Positions 11,899 through 26,000 of a stretch of DNA of 64,000 bases are shown here, piece by piece. Numbering within the stretch: the stretch's first letter is position 1; the number at the start of each line of letters is the position of its first letter. The notes under the pieces are model-generated. The model worked only from the letters and a program-made list of their open reading frames with translations, had not been told where the DNA came from and made no database searches. The position numbers and the translations under genes are program-made. Origin of the DNA: Balanoglossus misakiensis (lineage: Eukaryota > Animalia > Hemichordata); contig CM082576.2 in the NCBI GenBank assembly GCA_040954595.2, positions 8,001,129 through 8,065,128 of the forward strand. The letters are read 5' to 3'.

Positions 11899-13259
11899 TT
11901 ACTTCAAGAGGTACATGTTGAACTGCACCACCTTGCGGCGCTGGCTGGATCTATCTGCCCGGGAGCGCTTCTTTTCCACTTCCATATGGCATCGTGGAAC
12001 GTCGCCTCCATGGATCATCAGGTCAGGCAGGGCGCCGTTGAAAGTGCTCAGGGTGCGGCGGATGGGTGGAGCGGGCACAGCGCTTCGGACCCCTCGGACG
12101 TCCATTTTCTCTGGCCTCTTGAAGGGCATTTGGTTGACGTCGATTGGTGGAAGGCGGGTGTGGTTCATTGGTGGCTTCAGTGATGGGCTGATGTTCCTGG
12201 AAGAAATTGTGCTCTTGTTAGATGAGAATGGTGAAGTGACAACAGGTGTGCCCCTGGCCTGATACCCTGGGATGAAAAGGCATTAAAAGCCGAATGAGCA
12301 GCAATTTTGGGGAAATAATGTTAATGAATCAGAATTTGATGCACAAAAATCCCAATGTCGGAAGAAAAAAAATCGTCCCTGCAAATGTTTTATCTCAGAG
12401 TCAGGACATCCGGTGAAAAATGTCACAGAGGTAGCAAAGGTAAAACATATTTAAAAAATAACAGACTCGAAACAGGTGTTCAAGCGATACAATTTCAGGG
12501 AAATAATATCATATGTTCCTTACCTCTGGGGCAAAACAGTGCCGCTTATGGCTGGGTTGATCGTAGGCAGCTTGACTTCAGTGTCAGATTTCTCCTTGAT
12601 GCCATAGTCGACCCTCTTCTTTCTCAAGCTCTGCTCGAAGTTCCGACGGTAGGCTCCAGCTGATGCCATTGGTGAACCGATGATGATGTTTGACCCGCCG
12701 ACCGGGTCCAGCTGTTCCTCACTCAACGCATGGTTGGAGTTGGCCTTGTTCGACTCCTTGGCCGCGGCGTTGCGGTGGATCGGAGGGAACAGCAGGCTCT
12801 GCTTTTCCGCCGATTCATTGCGGACCGCGTCGAAAATTCCATGGCACGGCTGGATGAACTTGGGCAGTTCAGGCTCGATGGTCGGAAGATGGATGGCTCT
12901 TGAAGAAGTGGTATCTTCGTGGGACCAAGCAGCCAGTTCGTTGCCCGAACCTTTCTTGAGGCTGGTTTGCCTGTCGGGGAAAAAATAACAGTTTTCATCA
13001 CCGAAAATCAATAAATAGCACTCTGAGCTCCTGTCATCTACGGAGGTATTCCGAACTGAATTCAAGTTTCCTTTCTCCAGCAATGGAGCAAGGAGCAATT
13101 CCGCACAGAGCCGCTACAAAATATGACAATCGAACACACGTACACAAGCCATCGCCCCTCAGAAAAAAATCGCAAAACAGGATGAAAATAAATCTATACT
13201 CACCATGCTGCATCAGCACGCCTGAACCTGACCGCTTTACCTTTCTTATCTCTCGTCAT
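11899..13259 (-). CDS. Uncharacterised protein, probably 3 exons (13204-13259, 12524-12970, ~11899-12266)
   Basis: GC-richer, codon-like blocks bounded by strong splice sites (GTGAGT donor at 13203, polypyrimidine-CAG acceptor at 12971, GTAAGG donor at 12523, CCCAG acceptor at 12267). The exon1-2 junction is in frame (..ADAAW|QTSLKK..). Exon2-3 phase does not match the long exon-3 frame, so the C-terminus is uncertain. No family recognised. Confidence 0.6.
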
Positions 13260-14010
13260 GATGAACAATTGCGCTGTTTATAGTGCAGAATTTTGCAATT
13301 TTCAGAGAGGTGCGAGAACGCTCCTACTACTTCAATTACCGATCGGTAACTAATAAACTTTTCACTGGGTAACTACATAAAGTTCCAAAATCGCAATTGG
13401 ACCTTTCCACGTTGTTTTGACGGTTCTAAGACATGGGTTATGGTTATAACACACTTCTAGGCTTTTCAAGTAATCATGTTATGCGCAAGCTTTTCTTATT
13501 TCATAAAAATACTTCTGATTGGTTTTAATATATATATTTTAGTCGGGAATGTTGAACTAGGAATGATTTGTCTTGCCATGAGCAATCTTTACCTATTTAG
13601 CAATGGTTCCGCCTGATAACTTTCAGCCAATTGAAAAGCCAATACACACAAAATATGCAAATGATGCGGGCCTACGCTCAAATTCAGCTATTTGCGAAGG
13701 TTTTTCTCATAAAGTTCAAAGAGTTTACATTTTACAATTCTGTTTTTGCTTTTATGTCTACCGACTCCACAATTTTGTCATGATTTTCCTTGAAATTCGT
13801 TGTAAATCAGCTAATTACTTGTGCGCCTTTGCGACGAGCCGTTTCCCGGCAACGCCCGACGGCTACCTTTGGTGGCGCGCTTTTTTCGATAATACTTCCG
13901 TACATGCGCACTTTGTGGCAGCGTCTGTTCGTCCCATTCTTTGAAATTTGGAGCTGGACTCCTTTGCTTTATTCTTGTCAAAAGTGACCACACGCACTTC
14001 ACTGACCAAC

Positions 14011-17000
14011 ATGCCTTCGATCGACGAAACAGGCGACAGCGAGACAGAAGACATGGAGCAAGAGCAGAGTACTCCAGACAGCGGGAAAACAAGCGAAGAC
14101 ACTGACAGTAGTTCAGCGTCGGACGAAGATGAAGACAGCTCGGGTAAGGCCGCGTCGTGTTGTTGTCGGTATCGCACACTACACTGTGTTGTGGGTTTCA
14201 TTTGTCCGAATCGCTACATGTTACAGTTCACATGTCTCGCCGTTTTACGCATAAGCAGAATAAAATTTTTGATTTGCCAGTGTCACGCACTATTTACACA
14301 AATTCATGAGTAGTCGAGTTACCTTTACAGTGTAATTTGTAAACCGTTGGCCAACAACAACATACAGCTTGTGCGAACAACAGCTTGACCATTGCTACAT
14401 TGTACTACCTCGACCCCCAGTAATTAATGGCATAACTGGACAATCCTTGCATTCCAGCATCTATCCGTGACATTGCTAATACACATGAAATTCTGTCCAT
14501 GTCGAGTATCAGATAATAACTAAATCATAGAGGTTTTTTTTCATTGTAATTTTGCTTCATTCAATGTATACGTTGTATGACTGAAATATACATGTACACA
14601 TAAATATTCATGAAATAAAATAAAAGCTATGCTTAGGCCATTGTTATGTTTTGGACATTTTATTGAACATATATGTTGCTCAATCATTGTATCTTACTAG
14701 TTGTATATCATGTCTGACTGGTCAGTCTCTAACTTCTCATTATCGCTCTGAATGAGTTGATTTAACTTGAGGGATGATTGAAATAGGGGTTTCATAATGA
14801 TGGAATATAACATTTGTAGATATGGATGAAGAAGACTGTGAGTACAGAAGAACAGAGTGTCTTGATGACATGACAGATTTAGAAAGACAATTCACAGATT
14901 TGAAAGAACAGTAAGTTCATACTTTATATTGTTAAACAGAAAAATATTGATTGATTCTTAGCTTTTACAAAACATCTGATCTTAGTCATAGATGACAAAA
15001 CTTTTGTACTCAAGAAAGTAAGTGTGATTGTTAGTGAATCATATCAAAATCAATCAAATCTAAAGTAACTTAAGATCCAAAACTGAAGAGACTGTAGATT
15101 CATGTTTCTGTTCCCTGATGAGAAACTTCTTATCAATTAACCACACAAATTTCTGTGATTTCAAAATAAAAGATTATACAGGGAAAGGCTATGTCAAGTA
15201 GAAGCCAAACTCATGGAAGTAAAGAGTGGCGGAGCTGACGAGTATCTGAAACCCCTGGAGGAATTGGAACAAAATATGCACATCCGAACCCAAGTTGCCG
15301 GCGTGCACAGACAGCTGAAGCAGATAAACATCAAAAATAAATATGATTGCGAAGACAAGGCAGCCAAGGAAAATTATGAGGTAAATTTGTTGTATATAGA
15401 CTTAGTGATTGATTGTTTTATCATACAGCAGCCGAGGATGGTACCATATGAGCCATTAGACATCCCATGAATAACTCAAAATGTGGTCATAATATGTTGT
15501 TTTTACAGAGTGATAAAATGCTTATTAGTGATCAAATCAGAGCTGAAATAGAAGAAAAACTTAGAAGACTTGAAGAAGACAAACATAATTTAGATTTGGG
15601 TTCAGGTTTGTATATCTTTGGTGTTACCATTTTCTTGTAATGAGTAAGGAATCGCAAGTGCACTTAGCATGTGTTGAATGACTGGTGTCAAAAAGTTCAT
15701 TAATTAATGACATGTAGCAAATTATACAGAATGTTCACTTTTCACGTGCGTCTCCCTCCTGTAGAATTTTGGAATGACTCTCCAGTGGTCAAGAAAAGCC
15801 GCAAGAAGTCAGATGCAGTGAATGGAGAGAAAAAGAAGAAAGCTGTTTCTGTAACAGATATCCTTTCTTTGTACAAATCCGTTGAGGAGTCGAAATTACA
15901 GCTGTTTTTGTACAGAATGATATTCTCTCAACCGCAGAGTTACCTGTACATTTTTAAATGGTTGTATGTCATCTCTGTAGGTATGGTGAGAGCATACTCA
16001 ACCACCCCAGCATTTTTCAAGCAAACACTGAACAAGTCATTCCTAAATCAATTTTCTTACCTGCATGAACATTTCTTAGAGCAGCCACGTGTTTGTATGG
16101 CTGGACACCTTTCTCTCATGCGATTACACTCCTTGACTGTGTCACGTCCATATATTGTGTACTTGCTCAGAGATATTGACATTTTAGAAGATTGGACAGC
16201 GATTAGGAAGGTAAGTGTGTAATTCTTGTTATTGAAAAGAAACGCTTTGGTCAATGTGAATCAGAATGTCAAGCAGCCAGGGTGAAAATCAGTAGTGGTA
16301 GTAGTGGTAATTCTAGTTGTACTACTGCTAGTATTAGTGGTTGCAATACTGTGAAGCACTTTGTAATACCTTGTATTAACACTTGATCTTTTATCCACCA
16401 GATGAGGAATAAAGTGGTGTTACCCTAGCATAAGCTTCAGTCTGGGTAGTTGATCATGTGGTAACAATGCTTCCAAATTAGTACAAGCCTTTAGGCATTA
16501 TTTGTCTGGAAAGCCAAAGTGGCGATGCAACATCAAGTCATAGCCAGTTGTTTGATCAGACTGAAAAGGCTGCCATTATTGAATTTAAGTCCCCATTGTT
16601 TTGTACTTGGAATTGTGTCATTGCAGCGCCCCACACGGGGGTCAATTTGGGTAACTTGGATCTCATGTATTAACAGTATGAAAAGTCATGAACTTTATAC
16701 AGTGGCTGGATGTTATAGAGTGTGAATTGGTCAGGAAAGGTATAATATTGCACATGTACACAGCCGTCCACCCCTTGCGCACCTGTCCCCAAGCAAAAAA
16801 ACATTCTTTGTTATCAAAGCAGTCTCTGTTCTTGTTATAATGTGGATAAACAATATTCCTGTTTCAGGCAAGGAGTGCGGCAGCAAGACGGAAAACTGAA
16901 CGTGAGTATTTACTGGAATCCTGGTGTTATTTCCAACACTAAACTTCAGTTGGTGGAAACAGTCTTTCTTGTCATTCAAACCAGACTTGATTGTCTTTCA

Positions 17001-17782
17001 AGGACTGTCAAAGTAAAACTTCGTGCAGACATTAAAAACTCATCCTCAGGTATCGCCCATATTGTGAGTGTATATTTTTACTCACACCTATCTTTATCCT
17101 TTTCCTGCTTGCAGATGTATATAGAACAGAGAAGAACCCCTACAATGCGAGATATGAAGATGGTAAATTATTTTATGAAGGTAACTGGTATCAGAGGGGA
17201 CATCGGATTGTCATCGACAACAAAGATGACTCTCCACTCTTGTAAGCAACCCTTCTGACTTTGGTGCTTGGCTCATCAAGGTTATACCGTAGGCATAGCA
17301 ACATTTTATTTTGTTTTATTTTCCTCTGAGTTGAGTATCTTTCCTGTTTTTCTCTTTTTTAATCTTTTTACCTCATGCATCTTTGTATTATTGTTGTCGC
17401 AAGAATTCTTCTGAAAGCAGTTGTATAAAAACATGTCAGATGCTTACAACGTGAAATCTCTCCCCTCCCCCCCCCCCAACTGATGGCTCAGGCATCTAAG
17501 GGTAACAACCCACTCTTTACATTTGGAGATGGAGGATTTTGCTATCAGAATCACCCTGCACATTTCTCATAATCTCTCCTTCCTCTTCTCTCCTGCTGCC
17601 AGTCTTTTGTTCAAACCAGAATGTTCTAATACTGTTTCTTTCCTCTCCTTTCTTTCAACAGTGCAACAATAACCGCAATCAACACGGGGGAGGTGTGGGT
17701 GAAACGAACCGATGCAACCAAATCGAAACTGTACATAGCACAACTCCAGAAAGGAAAATATACAATCCGGCCGAGTTCCTGA
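14011..17782 (+). CDS. BRMS1L: Breast cancer metastasis-suppressor 1-like protein (Sds3 family, Sin3/HDAC complex), 9 exons (14011-14143, 14820-14910, 15173-15380, 15509-15605, 15765-15857, 16146-16210, 16868-16901, 17115-17241, 17662-17782)
   Basis: [65 protein letters not shown], and C-terminal [33 protein letters not shown] typical of BRMS1L/SUDS3. Probably the single ortholog of BRMS1 and BRMS1L. Confidence 0.93.
15858..16145 (+). other. U12-type (minor spliceosome) AT-AC intron in BRMS1L
   Basis: 5' site ATATCCTTT at 15858, branch site TCCTTGAC at 16130-16137, 3' end CAC at 16145. Removal restores V-T-G-P-Y-I-V-Y matching the family motif. Confidence 0.93.
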
Positions 17783-20008
17783 GAGTCAATAAAAAAAAAC
17801 CCACAGTGTTTTTAAACACTTTATGAGAAGAAATGTATTTAAACAGATTTTTTTCTTCTGATACTCTACTTTGTAAATACATTTCCATAGATAGATAGAT
17901 ATAATATTTTGAACATGTACTTTGTTTCAAATGAAAATCTTGAGAACTTGAGACATGGAAGAGCATTTCTGATAAACTTGTCCACCATGTATTTTGGAAA
18001 CTATATTAGAAAATTAGGAAATAATAGATTCAACAGGTATATTCCGAAAGAGGGGAGATGGGGGCAAATGGTTTGTAAGCACACTAAGCTTTGTAACAGG
18101 TATTTTTTACAAGAGCATGTACATAATCTTTCCAGTTCTCAATACAGAATTCCCATAGATTGCTGCAACATGTACAATTTTCACATTGAACAGATCACCT
18201 GTTTTATTTGGGTAAAACAAATCACCAACGTACACATATGTGGTTATGCAAAGTCACTATCATGAACACATGTCTGGAATTAAGAGAAGATTCAGTTTCA
18301 TTCAGTAGCCTGTCACAAGGTGCATATTTCCCAAAGACAGCAGGTCACATGTTGGGCCTGTCTGTGTATTCACTGCCATCTCTTACAGATTCTTTGATTC
18401 GTCACTCTCCCAATAAATTAATATCTGTTGATTTTATCTTGCCGTGAGTTTACAGATTAGTTTTCTGTGATATGTGTAAACTGAAAATTAACCTATTCAT
18501 ACCACCTAAGTGTCCTATCAGAGGTATATGCAATGTAAGCTGTAAATATCTTTTCCTTTAATATACAGATGCATGTGTTTTGAGAAATTTGGATTGTGAA
18601 AGATATGCACCCAGTCACTTGAAAGTACATGTACCTCATAAGTGACGTGGAATTTTGATTTGCAAAGGCCTGGTCTTTCTTCTCAGCCATGTTTCGTCAC
18701 TGTGCCAAAATTTCATGACTTGTGTACAAATTACAGATGTTAATTTTTTGTGTAGCCCATGCAGCTCTTCATTCAGGAATGCGCTGGAGCCAACATGAAT
18801 ACCTTATACATGCTGTATTTGAAAATTACATGTGCAGAGATATTCAGCAAAGCATTAAAAATGAAATTTTTGTGAAGTCAATATCAGAGGACTGTAGACT
18901 CCTGATTCAGCCAATTCAGTCTTAAACTCATTTGCTGGAACTGTCGAGCTGGAAGCCAGAACTTGACAGGCCAACATGGTTGCTCTCACTGTTAGGCTAC
19001 AGTGTATGTCCAATCTGATTGGCTAGATCTTTATCTTCGCTGAGTATTGGCTGTTCTGTTCTTGGATGTCTGCCACACTGGAACAGCCAAGAATCAGCAA
19101 AGGTAAAGAATGAGCCAACCCTTCATCTGATTTTAATCAGATTGCTGTAGTACCCTATGAAATATGTGCTCAGAGATTTGACTGAAGACAATGTGGACTT
19201 TACCAGAAGGGGCTTGTCAGAAATCCACGGCATGTAAATTGTGTAATCAGAATTTGACGTTTGTATATCCATCAACTGATGTACATTCATAAACACTGAA
19301 GTATGATCATTTTGCCAGGATTACAATATTCCATATTTTGAGATGTGGTCTGTGTTGTCCAGTGGTGGTTCATTTTATGACAGACTTTTTCTAATAAATA
19401 CTGAAAATATTACTCGTACTGTGGTCTGAGTTATTTTCTTAAGTTTCTCTGTGTTAATATATTTGCTTAATTCCATCAGTGAACAATGCAAAGGAGAACT
19501 GTGTGAAACATTCAAAAGATTACAAACCTTGTAATGGGGATTGAAGGGGATATTTGAGGAAAATGTGAAAAAACCTTATTGTGGTGTCTATTTCATTTAC
19601 ATGTAAAGGGAGAAACTGTTCTCGTTCTGATCAAGAAAATACAAAGTAATCTCTTGAGGAAGGGTATCAATAAAAGCTTATATGTATGGCCAGCATTCTT
19701 ATTGTTCAAAATTGAAGTCTGGACTCGAAATTCATTTGTCAAAAATAAGGATGGATGTTTACAGGTAGAACAATAGGAAATGTAACGCTGCAGGACGGAG
19801 GGAAAAAGGCTGTGGTTCATGCAGAGAAAATTCTAGCCATACGTTACCATGGTTCCAGTCGAAAGAACAAGGCTACTTTAGCGCCCTCTATTGATGTAGC
19901 ATGTAAGCATGGCGTCATCGTTGCTGAAGTAGGGTCGATGCTACTGATTGATATTTATCGTAAATTTTTGGACATTCAACGTACGAAACTGTTGTTGAGT
20001 TTGTCAAA

Positions 20009-23000
20009 ATGTCCCACTTAACAAGTGACATCACCCTTGAACAGATCGACGAATGGTTCAAAGTTGGGGTGCCGCCGCCAAGAGCTCCGGTAATCCCCCG
20101 AAGCAAACTGCAAGGTCACTATCTCGACCCACAAACCGGAGAAGCAGCGACCTCTCGGGAATCGTCTTTCATTCCTCACTATAGAAGGTATGAATGTTTA
20201 TATTATAGGTTCAGAGTGTTGCAGGTAATTGCGGTAGACAAACGAACATATCTTGAACATGAATGTGGGAACCGGTGGGGGGCACTTGACCCCCCCCCCC
20301 CCTTTGGGGTGGCAGAGACATACTTTTGCCTCCCCATCTTTGGGGACTAAAATTGCGTTTGAGTCCACAAAGTGCAGTTTCGAGCTCTTTATATTACATA
20401 ATTTTCTAACATGGGAGGGTACTTATCCCCCCCACCAATGCTTTGATTTATGATTGATTAAATCTTCTTGACTGATGAACAGAAATCCAAGAGAAAATAA
20501 TCCCAGCCAAACTGAGTATGCCCAGAAGTATGAACGGGAAGAGAGATTGCGTGAATTGAACATGGCAATTGAGGAGGATCCCATAATGCCAGTTGCTCCA
20601 AGACCAAGAGGTGGTCTTTCAGGTGAGAGTGTGGCTTTTTTCACGTGGAAATAAGAATAAACAATGGAGGGCCACTCATCATTACTCAAAAAAAATGTTC
20701 ATACTTTTTCTGTATTTTTTTTAGATTTAGACTTAGCCAGTACCTCTGATGCGTATGAAGCATTGGGTTTCCCTGGCGAGAGACCTGAGGAACTCATGGC
20801 CAATGACGTTTACAAACACTATCGTTTTGACCACACATACAGTGACAGCCTGCCAATCACAGAGTTTCATAAACAGGTAGGCAGAAAGCAAGGGTCCTTT
20901 AACGGGTCCTTTGATTGGCAGAGTTTCAGTTTGTTATTCCCGAAGGTTGCTCACCTGAAATGACACATTTTGATCTTACCTGACATAGAACACTACAATT
21001 TACGAAACGTTATCGTCAAGAACATAGTTTGGTGATTTTTTGTCATTTTTCAGATAATCAGTACAATTGAAAGCAATCAAGTGACGGTGATCCAGGGTTC
21101 CACGGGTAGTGGGAAAACGACCCAGGTGCCGCAGTACATCCTGGACCACTATGCCAAAGAGAAGAGATACTGCAATATTGTGGTGACTCAGCCCAGGCGC
21201 ATAGCGGCCATCAGCATCGCCAAGAGAGTGTGCGATGAGAGAGGGTGGCAGCTGGGTAGTCTTGTTGGCTATCAGGTGAGTTGACTAGGGAGTCAAATCA
21301 GATATCGTGTGTATAGCATCGTGGTTGGCCGTTGAGTGCTTGGCAATCTGCAGCCATTCCACTTGCTACACTTGAAAAAATCTAGCGATGAGTTGAAACT
21401 CGGCACTCAAACATTGAAACAATGTACCCCTCCCCAAACCCAAGCCTCCTTTCTTTGACAAGACAAATGTGTCACGTCTTTACACAGGTTGCCATGGACA
21501 GGTGCACATCGGATGACACCAGACTGAGCTATGTGACTACTGGTGTACTTCTACAGAAACTGATCAATGTGAAAAACATGAACCAGTACACCCATGTCAT
21601 TCTTGATGAGGTAGGTGTCTTGATTGTTTGTCTGCTGAGTCTTGAAATGGTCCCATGCCAGTCATGCCTGTTTTCTTATGCCCACCTGTTATACTACCGG
21701 TATATAGTAGATTTCACCTTGGATCAAGCAGTTTCATTGTTTAAGATCATTGAGACGTACATGTACTGATTTACATGCCAAGGATGTTGATCTATTAAAA
21801 TGTTTATTTTCTTGTCTATATTTTGTCTTGTCTCGTTTCAAGGTTCATGAGCGTGATCAAAACTCTGACTTCTGTCTCTTGGTGACACGGAAACTCCTCA
21901 GAAGCACGTCCCGCCATGTTAAGGTAACAAAACTGATCAATGGTGTGATTTATGATGCCAATCAACTAGTTACAGACTCCAGAAAAGGAATAAAATCAGT
22001 CCAGAAAAGAAAAAGAAAAGTTGTTTACAGCTGCTGGTACTCCTGTGACTGTATATCCAACTTGTTTTACTCTCCCGAACAGATCGTGTTGATGTCAGCC
22101 ACCATTGAGAGTGATCTGTTTGCCCAGTACTTCTCTCTGCCAGTGCGTGGCCTGTTGGAGAGTGCACCTGTTGTCAACGTGGAAGGCAGAGCGTACGATG
22201 TGGCCGAGTATTATATGGAAGACTTTTGTGGCCTGGGACAGGTTTGATATGCCGTTTGATCCTGTACATGTAATCTGTCAGTGATTGTCTCCTTTGACTT
22301 TAGGGCAAACGTAGTGGTATACCGGTATTACGGTACATCCTGTTTAGGAGATTGTCATGATATCTTTCATTTCAGATGCCTTTCTTGGAACGAGAGAATC
22401 CCACTGTATCCCCCGAGGCTCGGGAGCTAGCCAGACAACTCATTCTGCGGTTTGATCATGAAGAGCTGAGAGAGCAGGAGTGAGTTGACTCTAATTGCAT
22501 ATTCCGTACATCTTCCTACACATCTGCTGAAACTTGGAAAGCAAGTGTCTCTTGTCTTCATCAAATTACTGTAATTTTATTCATTTTTATGCAGGGAAAG
22601 AGTGGATGAATTCCCAGCCAAGAGAGGAACTGTACTGGTGTTTTTACCTGGTGAGATGATCTCTTACTCTTTGATAGGAAACTTCAGTCAGTAATTATTG
22701 TGGCCATATGTTCCAGAAATATTTAAAAATGACATAAAATTTGTTCAGTTTTGAACCCACCCCTTAATTGCCATTCAATGTTTCAATTTCTCTTGCAGGA
22801 ATCAATGAAATAAACGAGATGTTCCAGTGTCTCAACAATGACGTGCTTCCAGATCGGTAAGTTGTTGATGAGACTTTCCCAAAGAGTTTTAGCATAGAGC
22901 CTAAAATCTGCAGGTGCAGCACAAGAAAGATCTGACTTATATCCAGCACATTTCTGCTGCTTGATTTTGTCTTCAGTCCAAGTTGTTAGACCTTGATTTC

Positions 23001-26000
23001 ATGGTGATGGCTGCAACGGTCACCATATTCAGTCAGTTCTCCCTTCATTTTGTACAGGTTGTGGGTTCTGCCATTACACTCCAGCATCACCACCGAGGAG
23101 CAGTCGAAAGTCTTCACCAAACCAGAGAAGGGAAAGAGAAAGGTATACATGTACAACTCACGTTTATTCATGTTCAATGTACGCAATGTTCAAATCACTG
23201 TTCAGAGGTGTGCTACCACAAAATTCACTTGCGACACATCAGAGTTGCACACAGTGTGTCTCACTTGGTTTTCTATGTTAGCAGCTGACTCTTTTCGCAT
23301 ACCTTCTGTAGGTGATCCTTGCCACAAACATAGCTGAGAGTTCTATCACTGTACCGGATATAAAATATGGTAAGGATGTGATAGGAAATATGTTTTTGTA
23401 GATGCTCTGATGGGATTTTTATGATAGGGACATTTAATTGATTTCAACAGATGGATTGTCAATACAGAAAGTCGTGATGCATAGAACGATATTCAATGAG
23501 TAGTATGTTTCTTGTCCTTTTCTCTCATCCCTAGTGATTGACTTCATGCTCATCAAGTGTTTGATCTGTGATCCCGAGACAAACTACCAGAGTTTACAGT
23601 TGAACTGGGCTTCCAAGGCAAATGCTGTCCAAAGAAAAGGTAACATTTAGCCAAGTCTATCCATGCTGAAAGTGTGACATGTCTGTTGCTGTTATTCACA
23701 AACTGTACAGGTCTTGAACCCCTAAAGTAACGCATTGTGTCATTTGAAAACTCTCTACCTGTACTTAGTCAGGTATTCTTTTTGAGAAAGAGCACTTTCA
23801 TTTAATTTTCACAGGAAGAGCTGGAAGAGTTTCATCAGGCAAAGTGTATCGCATGGTGACAGCAGATTTCTGGGATAAAAACTTGAACGACTATGGAATT
23901 CCTGAGATGGCTGTATGTATATTGACATCCATTTCCAGAAACAAGAAATCCATATTTTTGTGTTCTGCAAGCATTGTTAAATTCATAGTAACTGATTAGC
24001 GTCATGCGTCTATCTTTTCTGTGATGTCCGTTAGAGGTGTCCACTGGAACATCTGGTACTCCAGGTGAAACTGCTGGACCTCGGTGAACCCAAAGCCATC
24101 CTGGGACTGGCACTCACACCGCCAAACTTGGACGACATAGAACGCACCATACTTCTGCTAAAGGAGGTTTGTTAATGCACATTTGTTTGTGTCTGTGTGT
24201 GTGTGGCTGTATATGCATCTTTATCTTTGTGTCTGACTGATGAGATATAAAACATCAGCTGTGCCCCTCTTTTCTCGCAAAACGACAACATACCGGTACA
24301 TGGAATCACGAGGAAGAGTATTTCATCTTTAATTTCACCCTGTTAGGTTGGTGCGCTGTCGACCGTCACATCTGGAATGATCAATCCCCATGACGGAGAC
24401 CTGACGTTTGTTGGCAGAGTGCTGGCATCGTTACCAGTAGACATCAAAGTTGGCAAGTTGCTGGTGCTGGGCCACGTCTTTGGCTGTTTGGAATCCACAC
24501 TCATTATTGGTAAGGCAGAAGGGAGGTGTGCATGTACATCAGCAAAAGTCACGTCAATTTCAAATGAATCTTGTTATTGGGATATGCATCTAATATTTTA
24601 TGCATTGCAGCTTTTTAGCCAGATGGGAAATTATAAAGTGTACAAATGAAGTCCATTGAAGTGTTTTCATATACCGGTACAGTCTGTGTTATTTTGATGA
24701 GCTCAACTTTTCACTCTCTTGTATGCCAGTTTTTGCAAGTACCAACCCTGGAAGTCTGATGTTCAAAACGATTCGTACATCAAGAATGTTTTTTCTGTCT
24801 TCACAGGGGCATCACTTTCCGTGCAGAGTTTCTTTGCCCAGCCTTTCAGGGCTCAGCTTGATGCATACAGGTATACTTGTAGCTTGTCTTTTTGTCCTAA
24901 ATTTTATAAATTTGGACGCCTCTTGGAATCGGCTTTTCTATAAACCAGACTTTTCTTGAGTGTTCATAGTGTAATTTTGTTCTCCTGTCAGATCCAAGAT
25001 GGCATGGGCCGATTGGTCATTCAGTGACCTGATAGCGATGTTGAATGCCTACAGGGCCTGGGAAGAATGCATACGAAATGGAGAGTTCAGGAGAACTGGA
25101 CAGGTATTGTAGTTGTCTACTACCATCAATTCCTCTTGTTACATTTTCTCTTGTGTATATGCCCCACGTTATATCTTCAAGGCAGACTCCCTATCTGTAC
25201 GTCAGATACTCCATAAGAACACTATTGATACATTTAATTGAAGAAGCAATCTACTTGCAATTTTAGGGTGCAGTTATCATTACAAGTGAATGTTAAAGAG
25301 TTGATTAACATGTTTATAATGTTGCCAATATGGTCCAAGATCTCTTTTTTTCATGTCATAAACTCTCTGGTTATGTCATATGTAGGCTGAAATACAGTGG
25401 GGTAGGAGAAATATGATTCAGATTAAGAGAATTAGAATGGTAAGTTGTGATTACCGGTATTATCTTGTGTACCCATGGATTCTCTTATCAATATTAGATT
25501 CATGAAGTGAGGTGGTGGTGGTGAAGTTTTCAAAACAAAACATGCAGAAAACTTACGGTCACTTTTATTCTTGAAGATTGGCTTGTTTATCAGAAAATTC
25601 ATTTCTTCCCGCACAGGTAGCAGAGTTGATCAAAGAGTTGAATGAGAGATTAATCCGGCACAACATCCGAGTGCCAAGGGGTCCCAACGTCAGCAGAAAC
25701 AGAGCAGCTACAGATCCAGCGCAAGACATTCTCATTTTGAAGGTTTGAACAATCTCCATCAATCATTAATTTTTGCCATAACTGCGCTTAATTTTAACTT
25801 AAGCTTCTACTTTTTTCCTGATTTCGTTTCATTGACTATATAAATAGTGGTACAGGGGTAAATTTCATGATCATGTGCCATTTGGCTTTTGATGATATGA
25901 ACTATCATGCAGCTTGTTGGAGTACAAGAAATTTGTCTGTGCGTACAATGTGCCATCATTATATCCCCACTGTAGCTTGTTCTGTGCGGTGCATTCTATC

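Noticed and set aside
11809-12988. Plus-strand ORFs of 100-124 aa over the orphan gene
   Set aside because: Antisense shadows; splice signals support the minus strand.
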